64,000 bases of DNA from Lama guanicoe (lineage: Eukaryota): contig MU053513.1 in the NCBI GenBank assembly GCA_013239625.1, positions 3,578,303 through 3,642,302 of the forward strand. The letters are read 5' to 3'. The first letter of the stretch is position 1. The number at the start of each line of letters is the position of its first letter. Shown here piece after piece: positions 39,063 to 51,500 of this stretch. Both the position numbers and the translations under genes were made by a program. The notes below the pieces were generated by a model. The model worked only from the letters and a program-made list of their open reading frames with translations. It did no database searches and was not told where the DNA came from.

Positions 39063-40829
39063 TGCATGTAAACTAACACCTTGTTGGTACAGTGTGCCAA
39101 GGGCAACAATACAAGTAATAGGAGTATGTGTGTCTCAGAGATGGATGGCGTTAGCTACCATGGGATGGGGTTACATGAAAGTTTTCAACATTGGTCTCCA
39201 CTCAAGGTGGGCTCCGCCCACTGGCACAGTGGCCGGCAGAATGTCTTGTCCTTGTTCTTCTCCTTGGTGATGAATGGGGAATGTGTAAGGGGAACTGTAA
39301 GCTTCCTGTAGCCATGGCCAAGGGACCAAAAAGGGAGAGTCATATTATCCAAAGGGCACTATGCAAAACACCTGATTTTGGAGGGGACCCATTGCAGGAC
39401 AGAACTGCCAGAAGATCAAGTTTGAAGTGAAGGATGGTAGGAGATGAGGCCGGTGAGATAAGCCAGGTTGAGAAAGACCATTTGTGCTGGGCTGAGAAGT
39501 CAGGACATCATCCTGTGAGAAATGGCAAAGAACACGGCTCCTTGTCCTTTGTTGAGACCTAGAGGAAAAGGAACCCCGTCCTTGGGTGAAATGCCAGGCC
39601 CTCATTTATAGGCACAGCATCATAAACATGTTTGAAAATAAAGTAAAACAAGTGTTTATTATTCACAATTCTCCACTGACTCTTGTTGTATATGAAAGCA
39701 AGACAATTTTGTATCACACTATTTTTCCATGCTTGTTGGAAGCTGCTTGCTCATAATAGATCTAAGTTTTAGAAATCTTGTTTGTCCCACCTTAGTCCCC
39801 TCTTTGCTTTCTAACTCACAGTAGATTCTCTGAAGGAGAACAACTGAAGGAACAAAATTAAATGTGTTAGGTTTTTGCTTTTTATAACTGATCAGTGGTA
39901 GTTACATTGTCATCTTCTTTGAGAAAAAGATTGCTTTTAAAGAAAAGAGTCTTTCTAAGCATGACTGGCTGCTTTATCTTGCCATTTGTATTCAACACAG
40001 TCATATGTAATCTGTACTCGTAAACCACATTAATTACCTGGACAATTTTCCTTAATTTTCATGAATTAATTCTAGTAAGAAATTACTACGCATTGTACGC
40101 ATGCAACACAAACTGGTCACTACAATACAAATGTGTAACTGTTTTTAATAAATGTTTTTTAGTGAATCTATTATAATTTTGGTGATCAGAGAGTCATATG
40201 AACTTAAGAAGCTTTTAAAATGATTACCTAATTTTAATTATTTTCTTTAAGTGAGAAGTATGCATTGCATTTAATTAGCTAAGCTATATTATAGTGAAGC
40301 ATTGTAGCTCTTTTCACTTAGCTGGCCCCTCAGTCTATTTATTTCAGAGATGCAATTAGAGCACATGAGAGCCTCTGAAAAAGTGCTGCCCTGTATTGAT
40401 TTCAGGAAATAAAAAATTTGCATGACAATACAAATTCTGTCAGCACATGGGGCAGGCTGAAGTCATCACTTTCCAGCTGTCATTATTATATAAAATCAGC
40501 TAAATCTTATCATTTGACTGTGGTTTTAGTGTATTTGCAACTGAAATATAAGGCAGCCAGAATTCAGAATCAAAAAGCATCAGCTTTTCAGAACATTTGA
40601 CAGGAGAATTTCGTTTACACTGCAATCTGCTTTTTCACTTGGTGAGATACAAATCACACCAAAATTGGAAGCCTGCCTAGACACTTTTAAACCAGTTTTG
40701 CCCATCTTTATGTAAAAAGTAAGTAATTACAGGATCACTGTAAGTTTCTAACCCCTTTCAATATACCTCCTCTCCCTACTCATCTGTGGAATTTCTCTAT
40801 GATCACTATTAAGAAATTTCCTGCCAGGT

Positions 40830-41150
40830 AGTTCAACACGGGCTCTGGGGTCAGACTGTCTGCCCTTGAAGGACACCTCCACCTCTTGTTAGCTGAGTGA
40901 GCCAGGGTGAATGAGCTTATCCTGCTGTGCCTCAACTGCCTCGTCTATAAAATGGAAGGATACCAATGGCATACATCACAGAATTACTGGAGCATTAAAT
41001 GACGTAATAAATATACCAGTGTTATTGTATTGCACAGCTCAAGGAGGTAGAATTCACATTATGCTGTATGTGGAATTGTGCAAAATGACATATCTGTGTG
41101 TAAAGCACTTACAGCAGTCCCTGGTATAATAAGCATTCACTTAATAACCA
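40830..41150 (+). mobile_element. MIR
   Basis: ggctctggggtcagactgtctg...tagctgagtga...tgtgcctca...tctataaaatgg. Confidence 0.7.
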
Positions 41151-41399
41151 TTTTCTGTGGAATTGATAATCCTTCTTTCTTGAAATTCTTTCACTTTCTC
41201 GAATGCCACTTTTCTGCTTCTCTTCTTATAACTGTTATCTCTTACCCTTAATTGTGGTGTTTCCCAAAGCTCGTACACACCGCATGACCTGCTGTTCTCT
41301 TACTCCATCAGGTTTGGTCTGTTACGAGCAGCTAGAATTAAGGACTGTGTATGAACTGAGATAGAGGTTAAGAATGAAATTTAGAATAAAATCGAGTAG

Positions 41400-41550
41400 C
41401 CTAGCGGTCTCCAAATCTGATTGCACATTAGAATTATCTGATGGGACAGGTCTACTCCAGACCTACAGAATTGTAGCGTATGGTGTGGAGGGGCTAGAGA
41501 AAAAAGTTTTTGAGATATTTTACCTCTTCAGTCAGTTTGGGGATCGAAAT
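41400..41550. mobile_element. MER5-family fragment
   Basis: ccaaatctgattgcacattagaattatctg...ctccagacctacagaatt. Confidence 0.5.
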
Positions 41551-41843
41551 CTGGAACCAGCAAGAATATCAGCACAAATGTTCCATATCAGGGTGGAAGG
41601 TTCAAGTCAAAAAGCACAGGGACCAGAATGGAAAGGTAGAGGACAAGTTCAGTGTCAGTCAGCAGCTGCGGAGAATTATCCATTCATGACCCACTTTGTG
41701 CCCCATAGCACCCCCTGCATGTCTCTATCATGTTATTAACACCAGTGTCGAAATTATAGTCTTGAGCTTGTATCTCTTATTCAGTTGTGAGATTTGTGAA
41801 AGCAGACTTAGTTTCCAGAATTCATCCTTGGATCCCCACTACC

Positions 41844-41998
41844 TTTTTTTTTTTTTTTTTTTTTAAGGAGAAAGGAAGCACTAGTTTTTTTTTCTTAATT
41901 GAAGTATAGTCAGTTATAGTGTGTTGATTTCTGGTGTACGGCATGTTGTTTCAGTCATGTATGTACACACACATATTCATTCCCATATTCTTCTTTGT
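41844..41998 (-). mobile_element. Very short LINE-1 3' fragment with two poly-A tracts
   Basis: T21 + aaggagaaaggaagcactag + T9 + ttaattgaagtatagtcagtt... L1 end, flanked by cccactacc / cccaccacc. Confidence 0.75.
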
Positions 41999-42079
41999 CC
42001 CACCACCATTTTTTTTCCAAGAATATAATAAATGTTGTTAAAATGAATTGTTGGAACCCTAAGTCAAGAGTGTGAGTAT

Positions 42080-42500
42080 ATTAGTGGGACTCTGATTGCC
42101 TATAACAGATATGAACTAGCAAAAAGGAAGACAAAAGACTTCAGTATAAGGATTCAAGGTATCTCATGAAACTCCACCCTGAGCCTTAGGTGGGGACTGG
42201 AACGGAAAGCTGAAGTCCATCAGGATTTCCATCTCTGCTTCTTTTTGTACATCTGCTTCAGTAATTTCTTTCCTTAAGCCTGCTTTCTCTCCTTCCCTGG
42301 TCTTCAAGCTTTCTATTTTGCAGTTCTGATCTTCCACTGACTAATGCGTTGGCCATTCTAATTCTTAATTCCTGGGAGAGAGTGGCCAATAATGGGATCT
42401 AATGTCCAAGCCAAATCCAGTCACTGGTGGCCAGGGAACAGACCATGGGAGAAACTTGGCAGCCACCAGTCCTGTGGATTAGATAGGAAGTCAGTTCCCA
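42080..42500 (-). mobile_element. Old MaLR LTR (MLT1K/L/M-like)
   Basis: ttagtgggactctgattgc...ttcctgggagagag...ccaatccagtcactggtggccaggg-like pattern, degenerate. Confidence 0.45.
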
Positions 42501-42699
42501 GAGAAAGGGTGACTAGACACCCTGAGACGTATTGTTGCCATGAGGCAGGTCAGACAAGTTGTCAGAAAAAGAGAAGCAGTGTGTCAGAAAACTGAAGTAC
42601 ACACAGACTGTCTCAAAAAGGAAGCGCTTTACTCTCTGCCCCCAGGGTAGGAACCGATGCTGGCATTGCAGGGTGTGGCCAGCGAGACCTGTTCTGCTG

Positions 42700-42940
42700 C
42701 AATAAGATCCGGCAGAGTGTGGGTCCCAGACGGGTCCTTTACCACAAGGGTGACTGACTGTGGGCACGTTCCTCAGCCTCTCTGTGCCTTGTTTTCTACA
42801 TACGTAAAGTGAGGCTAGTGCTAGTTTCCAAGCTACCTACATAATAATGTTATTTTTCAAAGTAAAATAATGCGTAAGAGCACTGAGTACAGTGTTTAGC
42901 ATTTAATGCTAAAATGTGTTAAATACTACTGTTACTGTCA
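42700..42940 (+). mobile_element. MIR
   Basis: cagcctctctgtgccttgttttctacatacgtaaagtgagg...gcactgagtacagtgtttagca. Confidence 0.7.
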
Positions 42941-43339
42941 TTAGAATAACATCGTCATTATGTAGTTTATCACGTTTCAAGTGAAAACTTTATGACTTCC
43001 AAATACTTACCTCAAGACTTGACCCAAGACTTCAGTTTGCTAACTCCAGTTGAAAACTGGACTCTCAGTTAGATGTCACTTCAAACTCAAAAAAAGCCAA
43101 ATCCATCTCATGCTCTTTTTCTTACAACTTTACAATTTCTTCCCCCTGCTAACCTTCTCGACTATTTTAATAGCATCAGCCTTTCCTAAGCTAAGGTAAA
43201 AGACCAGAAGTGATTGACAATCACAATTTCGACGTCTCTAATCTCTTTATTTGGAGCCATCTTTGACTTCTCTCTTTTACACCCAAAGTCTTACCATTCA
43301 TCAAGTTCTTTTTATCTTTTTCATGTAATTATATGACTA

Positions 43340-43570
43340 ATAATGACCATTCATTGGAGGCTTACTAAGTGCCAGCCACTGTTTTAAGCCCTTTTACAGG
43401 TATTAATTCATTCAATCTTCATGACAACTCTATGGCATAGGTACTATTATCATCCCCATTTACAAATATGGAAACTAAGACTCAGAGAAGTGAAATGATT
43501 TGTCCAGGGTCACTGCTAGTAAGTGGTGAAGAGAGGCAGTCTGTCTCCAAAGCCATTGCTCCTAACCCCT
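43340..43570 (-). mobile_element. MIR
   Basis: aggtactattatcatccccatttacaaatatggaaactaagactcagagaagtgaaatgatttgtccagggtcac. Confidence 0.85.
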
Positions 43571-43599
43571 AAGACACAGACTGCTCTGTGATGAGCCTT

Positions 43600-44660
43600 G
43601 AATATCTTTTTTCCATTACTTCCATCACCATATGGGCTGTGGCCCACGTGACTTCACCTCTTTTATTCCAATAGACTATTAGTTGGTCTCCTTGACTTAG
43701 TACTTTGTCAGGCAACTTACATACTGCCGCTAGATTGCTTCTTTAATTAAGAACTTCCTTCCTTAATCGAGCACTGCCTCTACCATGTCATTTCTTTGTT
43801 CAGTATCCTTCTATGGCTCCCTGTGGCCTAGGATGTACAAAATAACTTCCATCCCTGATTTTTTAGGCTTTCTGTAGCCTGGTTGCAGAGTATCTGTTCA
43901 GCTTTATATCTTCCCTCCTTCTGTCCCATTATCTATGTCCCAGTCAGTCTGATCTTTTCACCATCCCTGCAAACATGCTATTCATTCCTAACTCTGTGAG
44001 TTCATACATCTCTAAACTTGTCCATCTTAAAATATTGTGGCCTAGGAACCCTTCCTTACTAACCTCAACTGAATGTGAACTTCCCTTCCTTAGGACATTC
44101 CTAGGACTTTTTTATGAGATGATATTCTGCTTTGTATGATAGTGACTTGTGTTCTTTTCTTATTTCTCTCCCTGCTCGCCACTGTGTCAGCTTGTTGAAG
44201 ACAAAGACTGTGTTTCACTAAACTTAACCCCCTGCAGTGTTTCTTTCAATGCAGAGCACATAACAGGTAATCAATAGACAATGAATTTAGCAGAATTCTA
44301 GGTTCCCCAGTCTGAATGTTTCTCTTTTCCCTTTTGTTTTGTTCCAGTCTTTCACAAAAATCTCACTTCTTGAATAAAACCCTCTTGACTGTTTTAGTCC
44401 TTGATGAAACCTACTTTCTCTTAACTATTGTAACACTTAAGGCCAAGACCATACAATTTAGTTCTTTATACAGAATGTTCATTGTTCACGTATTACAACA
44501 CAGGGCCTGATATATAAAGATTCTAAAGGAATATTTGTTGAATTAATCAGTAGGTTGATCTTGCCCACCAACCGTAAGGTCTCCAAGGGACTATGCTTTA
44601 TATATCTTCTGTAGCCCCTCGGAGCTCTCAGCATATAATAGGTACTTAATGAATATTTGC
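43600..44660 (+). mobile_element. LINE-2 3' fragments
   Basis: ccttctatggctccctgtggcctagg...cagcttgttgaagacaaagactgtg...ataggtacttaatgaatatttgctgactgactg. Confidence 0.6.
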
Positions 44661-45675
44661 TGACTGACTGGCTCTTGGGTTTCTGTTGTGAGTCTGCCCT
44701 TACCTTCCTGTTGTTCTGCCTTCAGCTTGTGATTACACTGAAGAGGCTTCTGAATCCTGTATCTGATTTCCTCGTGGAGTACAGGCGGGGTCAGGTTGCT
44801 GACACACAGGCCTCTCTTTTGCCAGTCTCTATTGAAACTGTGTCTTTAATTCAGTGGCAGGCTTCTTACAGGGACGAATCCCTAGAGGAAGGGACAGGAG
44901 CCGTTCAGTTGGGGGAGAAGTGTCAGAGGGTTGAGAATTGCAAAATACAACCTTTGGCCAGAGACGATTTTGCAGAACTCGTTACTGGGCCTGCTCAGTA
45001 CATGTGGGGGGAAAAGGTCATTCTGTGTCTACTTTGTACTGTTTAAACACAAGGGTAATACACTGCAATCATGATGCAGCAATGAATGACTAGGGCATCT
45101 CTTCAAATGGCATGAAGTCTGCCAGTAGATCTAAAACGAGCCAATACAGGTAACATTTATATAATATAATAATGACTGGTATATACTGTGTAGCCAAAAT
45201 GGCAGAGACCAACAATGACTAGTATTCCAACTTCTCAAAGGAAAGCCTAATCTACTGAAAGGAAAGGGAGCCCTGGGGTAAACAGACATCTCTGCTATAC
45301 TGTGCACCGCACAAGGACTCAGCACTGCTTGGGCGTGGCAGACGGTAGAGTGTTTTTTTGCAAACTGGAAGAGCTTCCAGTTTTGCTCTCCTGGATGCAA
45401 TCTATAATGCTGCTGCTCAGAACAGAGGGAAATGTATACACAGTGTACATAGAATATGGTCCTTACCAGCTCTTCCCAGACTTGCTTCTAGCTGGAAAGG
45501 GGGAAAATGATTGACAGCTGTAACCAAGGTATTCACTGAACCAAAGAATGAGTTCAACACTGCACTGAGCAGTGGACTAGCTAAGACACAACTTTTTCTT
45601 TATTAATATTTTATATGTATTAATTTGTCATTTCATTGGCTTGGATGCTTAGAAAATTCTTTGTTTTAAATGCAG

Positions 45676-45724
45676 GTGATGCAAGAACATATGATCCGGA
45701 TTTTAAGGGTCCTGTTGCCAAGAG
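45676..45724 (+). CDS. SLC44A5: SLC44A5 (CTL5) internal coding exon, 49 nt, phase 1 in / phase 2 out, encoding (G)DARTYDPDFKGPVAK(R)
   Basis: Acceptor ttctttgttttaaatgcag| and donor AAGAG|gtaagc. Translation matches the recalled CTL5 N-terminal motif GDPRTYDPDFKGPVANR, which precedes SCTDVLCC. The supplied ORF 45670..45867 is in a different, non-coding frame. Confidence 0.93.
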
Positions 45725-45747
45725 GTAAGCATTTCTCTTCTCTGGAG

Positions 45748-45783
45748 TGTTTTTTTGTTTGTTTGTTTGTTTGTTTGTTTTTT
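45748..45783. repeat. (GTTT)n microsatellite just downstream of the SLC44A5 exon donor
   Basis: Seen directly in the sequence. Confidence 0.85.
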
Positions 45784-48082
45784 AACAAACACAGCTTATC
45801 TTTCGGTACCATTTTCTGGTCAATGGAGAATTGTGTCTACTATGAAGGGGAAATGACTTATTTTTAGCCTAAATGTCACCTTATTTTTAACAGGGTACAT
45901 ACAGGGAATAAATCTTCCCATGAGCCATGAATATCCTCTCCTGTTCAGCGACTGAATTGCCTTAATTTATTAGACTGAAGAGTCTGTATTTCTCAAAATG
46001 AGAAGCCAAAAAATGCTTTACACAATTTAACCACTTTGTAGAGAAACAAACACATTCTAGTAATTGCTTTATGCGGCTCTTCACTCTGTGATTCACCATC
46101 GTAAATGCAGAGTTGCTATGCCAACTTCTTCCACCCAGGGTGTCTGTGCTACTCAGCCTCCCAAGGCAGAGAGCTTTCTGGGAGACAACCATTCACCAGT
46201 GTATTATGTACGCTTTAGGATATTTTAAAATGCTCTAGGGAAATATGTACTTGTCTCAACTGGTGCTTCTCCTGCAAGGTTGTATGGCATTTAAAAATTA
46301 GCCAATAATGCATAGGCTTCTTTTATTATTATTACTTTTACCCTCTATTGCCAGGCTCCCTGATAATCAAAAAGGGGGTTTGCAGGGTAGAATGGCTAAA
46401 AATGAGAAGATGATGCTGTTGGTAGCTGTTTTTTGCCTAGTGTTGCCTTTGATTTCTTGCGTGTCATAATAAACTGTGATGCGAAATGATGATCAGCATG
46501 ATTATTTGCACTTGTCAGCCCTCAGCATGTATATTAGCATTTACTGCTATGTCCTTATACTGTCCTAGCTTTAAGCAAATGTGTATTCAGTTTGTTTCTA
46601 ATTCTGTAAAGAGCCAAGTTATTTGTTTTGGGTTACTAATTTAAATGTGTATCTATGCCTTCTTTAGAATAAGTTAGAAACTTCTCTCATTCTCTCCATG
46701 GTAACACCATGAATACATTTTGTGGTCCAGGGTACAAATAGCCTCATCCCATATGGAGGTTACTTTTACTGTCATTACATTCATTTTACAATAGCTAATT
46801 GGTGAGCATAGAATCTAGCTTATTGGCCTCAAGGGACCCCTTGATATACTCCAGATTCCACAGTGATAACAATAATAAATGACCTGACATATTTGGACAG
46901 ATGAAACGCAGATTACAGGTGTGCCTTTTCTAGCCATAGAGAAGAGTTAGGCCTGGCTGGGGGTGTGGAGAAGGAGGTGGAGTCTCTGTCTTAGTTATTT
47001 AGAATTTAATGTCGGAACCAGGTAGTCCAGGTAAAGTCTAAACAACCGTGATAATCACTGTGAGAAAAGTAATATAATTTTACTCAGGGCCTTTCCTGAT
47101 GCTCTGGGTACCTTTACAAAGGCCTTCAAAGGCGAAATGGTCACTGTGTAGATACCCCACCTCCCTCACCCATTCTTCAATCCAGGATGGAGAGAAATGT
47201 TAGAAAACCCCAGGGGCCTTACCTACAGGAGGACAGTTGGCCCACTGGTAGCTTTTCAGGCCACAGGGGTCTGTACTGCCTGCCCTGGGCAAATAGTTGG
47301 GATGTTTAAGGAGCAAGTGAGAAACTCCAACTTCTTCACTTTACCTCCTACAGCAGGGCCGGCTGTAGTAACATTTTTGCTTCACATAATGTCGCTTGCC
47401 TTTGGAGAGATCCAAAGTCTTATCAGGCATTCAGGCAGACCCTCACAGCACTCTCCACACCATGCTCGGTACCCCCTCTCAGCTCACTGGGACATCGTTT
47501 TGTGCCTGGTGATAACCCAACTGTCATTTCCGCAAGAGGTGAAGGAATGACAGTAATGCCACGGGAGAGATTAACTCAGTTTCTCATTTGTTCCCATCTA
47601 CTAAGAGTTGGGCATTTGGAAGCTGCTGCCCCAGAATGTGGACCAAAAACAAACAAATAAAAAGGTGATTTTGATAGCCCCTTTTGGAAAAGTTGTTATC
47701 TGGTGCCTATGCTTTGTCCCCTATATGCAAAAGTGTTTTTAAAAAGATTGGTTAGCCTTGGATTGAAGTTGTGAGATTTGTAAAAGTTTAAGGGTGTTGA
47801 GCACTTTTCTTAGTAGTAAATGAGAGGGCAAAAATGAACACACGTGGAAAACTAAGAAATGAATCTCTTTCGTAAGACGTTACATGAGAAATTCCTCTTA
47901 CAATTTTAGAACTAAGAAAAATTTTCATTTAATGGAGAATTAGTATACTTTCTTCTGTTAGAAAGGAGAACTGTAATCCACTCTCTCCTTTTGTCCTGAC
48001 TTGTAGAAAGCCCACTGAAAAATTTAATTTCAGTGCCAGCAACTGCATTAGCCTTTGAGTCAAGAATTTCATTTCAGAACTT

Positions 48083-48152
48083 TGAATTTCTATTTCTATT
48101 TCAATAACACTATTGCATGAATTTCTATTTCTATTTTAATAATGCTATTGCA
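48083..48152. repeat. 35-bp tandem duplication
   Basis: tgaatttctatttctatttcaataacactattgca / tgaatttctatttctattttaataatgctattgca. Confidence 0.9.
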
Positions 48153-48572
48153 CCCAGGTGTTTTAAGTAATTTCATTTAAGATTCATTCTGGAAAGAGAC
48201 AGCATATAGGTGGAAAGATAAATAGAAATGAAAAACCTTAGATGTTCCATAATTCCTTTTCTTCTCTTCTTTATACACAAAGTAGGTTAAGGACATATGA
48301 CTCATACTAATCAAATAGGTATGTTTTGCAAAGCTGAAAATAACTATTATAGAAGGTGGAAGGTCAGTCTGAAATGCAATAAGATGCGTTTATTTTTACC
48401 AGAAGCATTGCAGAGAGGTTACGTTCACTACCATGAAAGGGTTCAAGGAGAGAATGAAGAGGCATTTTTTAGGGATGTTGTAGAGGGGATTCTTTTATAT
48501 ACAGGAGTTGGACTAAATGACTTCTGAGTTCTTGCCAATCTTGAAGTTCTATGACTCTGTATTTCAACTTTT

Positions 48573-51500
48573 TTTTTATTGAGTTATAACTAACAAAAAA
48601 CATTAAATTAGCTTCAGGTATACAGCATAGTGTTTTGATTTTTTTTTCTGTGCATTATGAAATGATCACTCTAAGTCCAGTTACCGTCTGTCACCATTCA
48701 AAGTTATTAACATGTTATTGATTATATTCCCTATGTATATATTATACCCCAAGACTTATTTATTTTGTAAATGTAAATTTGTACCTCTTAATCACCTTCA
48801 TCTATTTTGTCCAACCCCCATGCCCCTCCCCTCTAGCAATCACCAGTTTATTCTCTGTATTTATGAGTTTGTTTTTGTTTTGTTTGTTCCTTTGTTTTGT
48901 TTTTTTAGAGTCCACATATAAGGGAAATCATATGGTATTTGTTTTTCTCTATCTGACTTATTTCACTTAGCGTAATACCCTGCAGGTCCAACGATGTAGC
49001 CACAAATGGCAAGATTTCATTCTTTTTTATGGCTGATTAATATTCTGTTGTGTGTATTCACACACACACCATCTTCTTTATCCATTCATTAATTGATGGA
49101 CACTTAGGTTCCTTCCATATCTAGGCTATTACTTGTAAGTAGTGTTCCAATGAACATAGGCGTGCATGTATCTTTTTGAAATGGTGTTTTCATTTTCCTC
49201 AGATAAATACCTTGAAGTAGAACTGCTGGATCATACAGTAGTTCTAATTTCAGGTTTTCAAGGAAACTTCATACGGCTGCACTTCCGGTCAACAGTGCTT
49301 GTGGGTTCCCTTTACTCCAAATCCTCGCCAATACTTGGGTTTTTTTGGCTTTCTGATAATAGCCATTTGGACAAGTGTGAGGTAGTATCTCCTTGTGGTA
49401 TTTCCTGCATTTCTTTGATTATTAGTGATACTGGGTACATTTTTATGTACTTTTTGGCCATCTGTCTAATTTGGAAAAATGTGTTTTTAGATCCCCTGCC
49501 CATTTTTTAATCAGGCTGTTTATGTTTTGATACTGAATTTAAGAGTTGTTTATATATTTTGGATATCAATTCTTTATCAGATATATCATTTGCAAATATC
49601 TTCTGCCATTTAGTAGATTGCCTTTTTGTTTTGTTGGTGGTTTCCTTCACTGTCTGAAACTTTTAGTTTGATATAGTTCCATTTGTTTAGTTCCATTTGT
49701 TTATTTTGCTTTTGTCACCATTGGCTAGGGAGACATGTCCAAAAATATATTGCTAAGTAAGGCCAGTGTCAAAGAGGTTACTGTCTGTTTTCTTCTAGGA
49801 GTTTTATAGTTTCAGGTCTTTCATTTCAGTTTTTAATCCATTTTGAATTTATTTTTATATATAGTGTGGGATACTGGTCCAGTCTGATTCTTTTACATGT
49901 AGCTGTCCAGTTTCCCCAACACCATTTGTTGAACAGACTGTTTCTCTCCATGTATTTTCTTGTATCCTTATTGTAGATTAATTGACCATATAAAGGTGGG
50001 TTTATTTCTGGTCTATCTATTCTGTTCCACTAATCTGTGTGTCCATTTTTATACCAATATCATACTGTTTTAGTTACTATACCTTTGTGGTATAGTTTGA
50101 AATTAGAGAGCATGATACCTACAGCCTAATTCTTCTTTCTCAAGATTGTTTTGGCTGTTTGGGTTCTTTTGAACAAATTTTAGAATTATTTGTTCTAGTT
50201 CTGTGAAAAATGCCATGGGTATTTTGATAGATATTGCATTGACTCTGTAGATGATCTGGGGGAGTGTTAAAATGTTGATCATTTTAACAATATTAATTCT
50301 TCCAATCCATGTGCATGATGTAGCTTTCTATTTATTTGTGTTGTCTTCAGATTTCCCCCTCAATGTCTTATAGTTTTACCTCCTTGATTAAATTTATTCC
50401 TAGGTATTTTATTTGTTGATGCAATTGTAGATGGAATTGCTTTATTCATTTCTTTTTCTGAGTTTAATATTAGCATATATAGAAATGCAATAGATTTCTA
50501 TATATTAATTTTGTATCCTGCAACTTTACTGAATTCTTTTATTAGTTCTAATAATTGTTTTTTGGTGGAATCTTTAGGTTTTCCTGTGTATAGTATCATG
50601 TCACTTGCAAACAGTGACAGTTTTATTTCTACTTGTCCAATTTGGATTCCTTTTATCTTCTTCTCTGATTTCTGCGGCTAGGATTTCTAATATTATATTG
50701 AACAAAAGTGGCATGAGTAGGCTCCTTGTCTTGTTCCTGATCATAGAGAAAAAGCTTTCAGCTCTTCACCATTGAATATGATGTTAGCTATGGGTTTATC
50801 ATGTATGGCCTTTATTATGTTGAGGTGTGTTCCACCCATACTCACTTTATTAAGAGTTTTTGTCATAAATGGATTTTGAATTTTGTCAAACACCTTTTCT
50901 GTGTCTATTAAGATGATCATTTGATTTTTATCCTTCTTTTTGTTAATGTAGTTTATTATCTTGATTGATTTATAGGTATTTATTAAACTGTACTTGAATT
51001 CCTTGGAATGAATCCCACTTAATCCTGGTGTATGATCCTTTTAATGTGTTGTTGAATTTGGTTTACTAGTGTTTTGTTAAGGGTTTTTGCATCTATATTC
51101 ATCCAGGATATTGGTCTGTAATTTTCTTTTTTGTAGTGTCTTTGAGTTTAATACTAGGATTTTGCTGAGTTTGGAAAAATTTCTTCTTGTTCAATTTTTT
51201 GGGAATAATTTAAGAAGGATAGGAGTTACTCTCTTTAAATGTTTGGTACAATTCACCCATGAAGCCATCTGAACCTGGATTTTTGTTTTTGGGGAATTTT
51301 TTGATTCCTGATTAATTTTCATTACTAGTATGAGTCTATTCATATTTTCTATTTCTTCCTGATTCAGTCTTGGAAGCTTGTATGTTTCTAGGAAGTTATC
51401 CATTTCTCCTAGGGTGTCTAATTTTGGGGCATATAATGTTCATAGTATTTTCTTGTGATACTTAGTGTTTCTATTATTTGTGATTTCTTTTATTTCTGAT

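Noticed and set aside
45670..45867. ORF MQVMQEHMIRILRVLLPRG as a gene
   Set aside because: It is an alternative frame over the real SLC44A5 exon and runs on into an intronic microsatellite.
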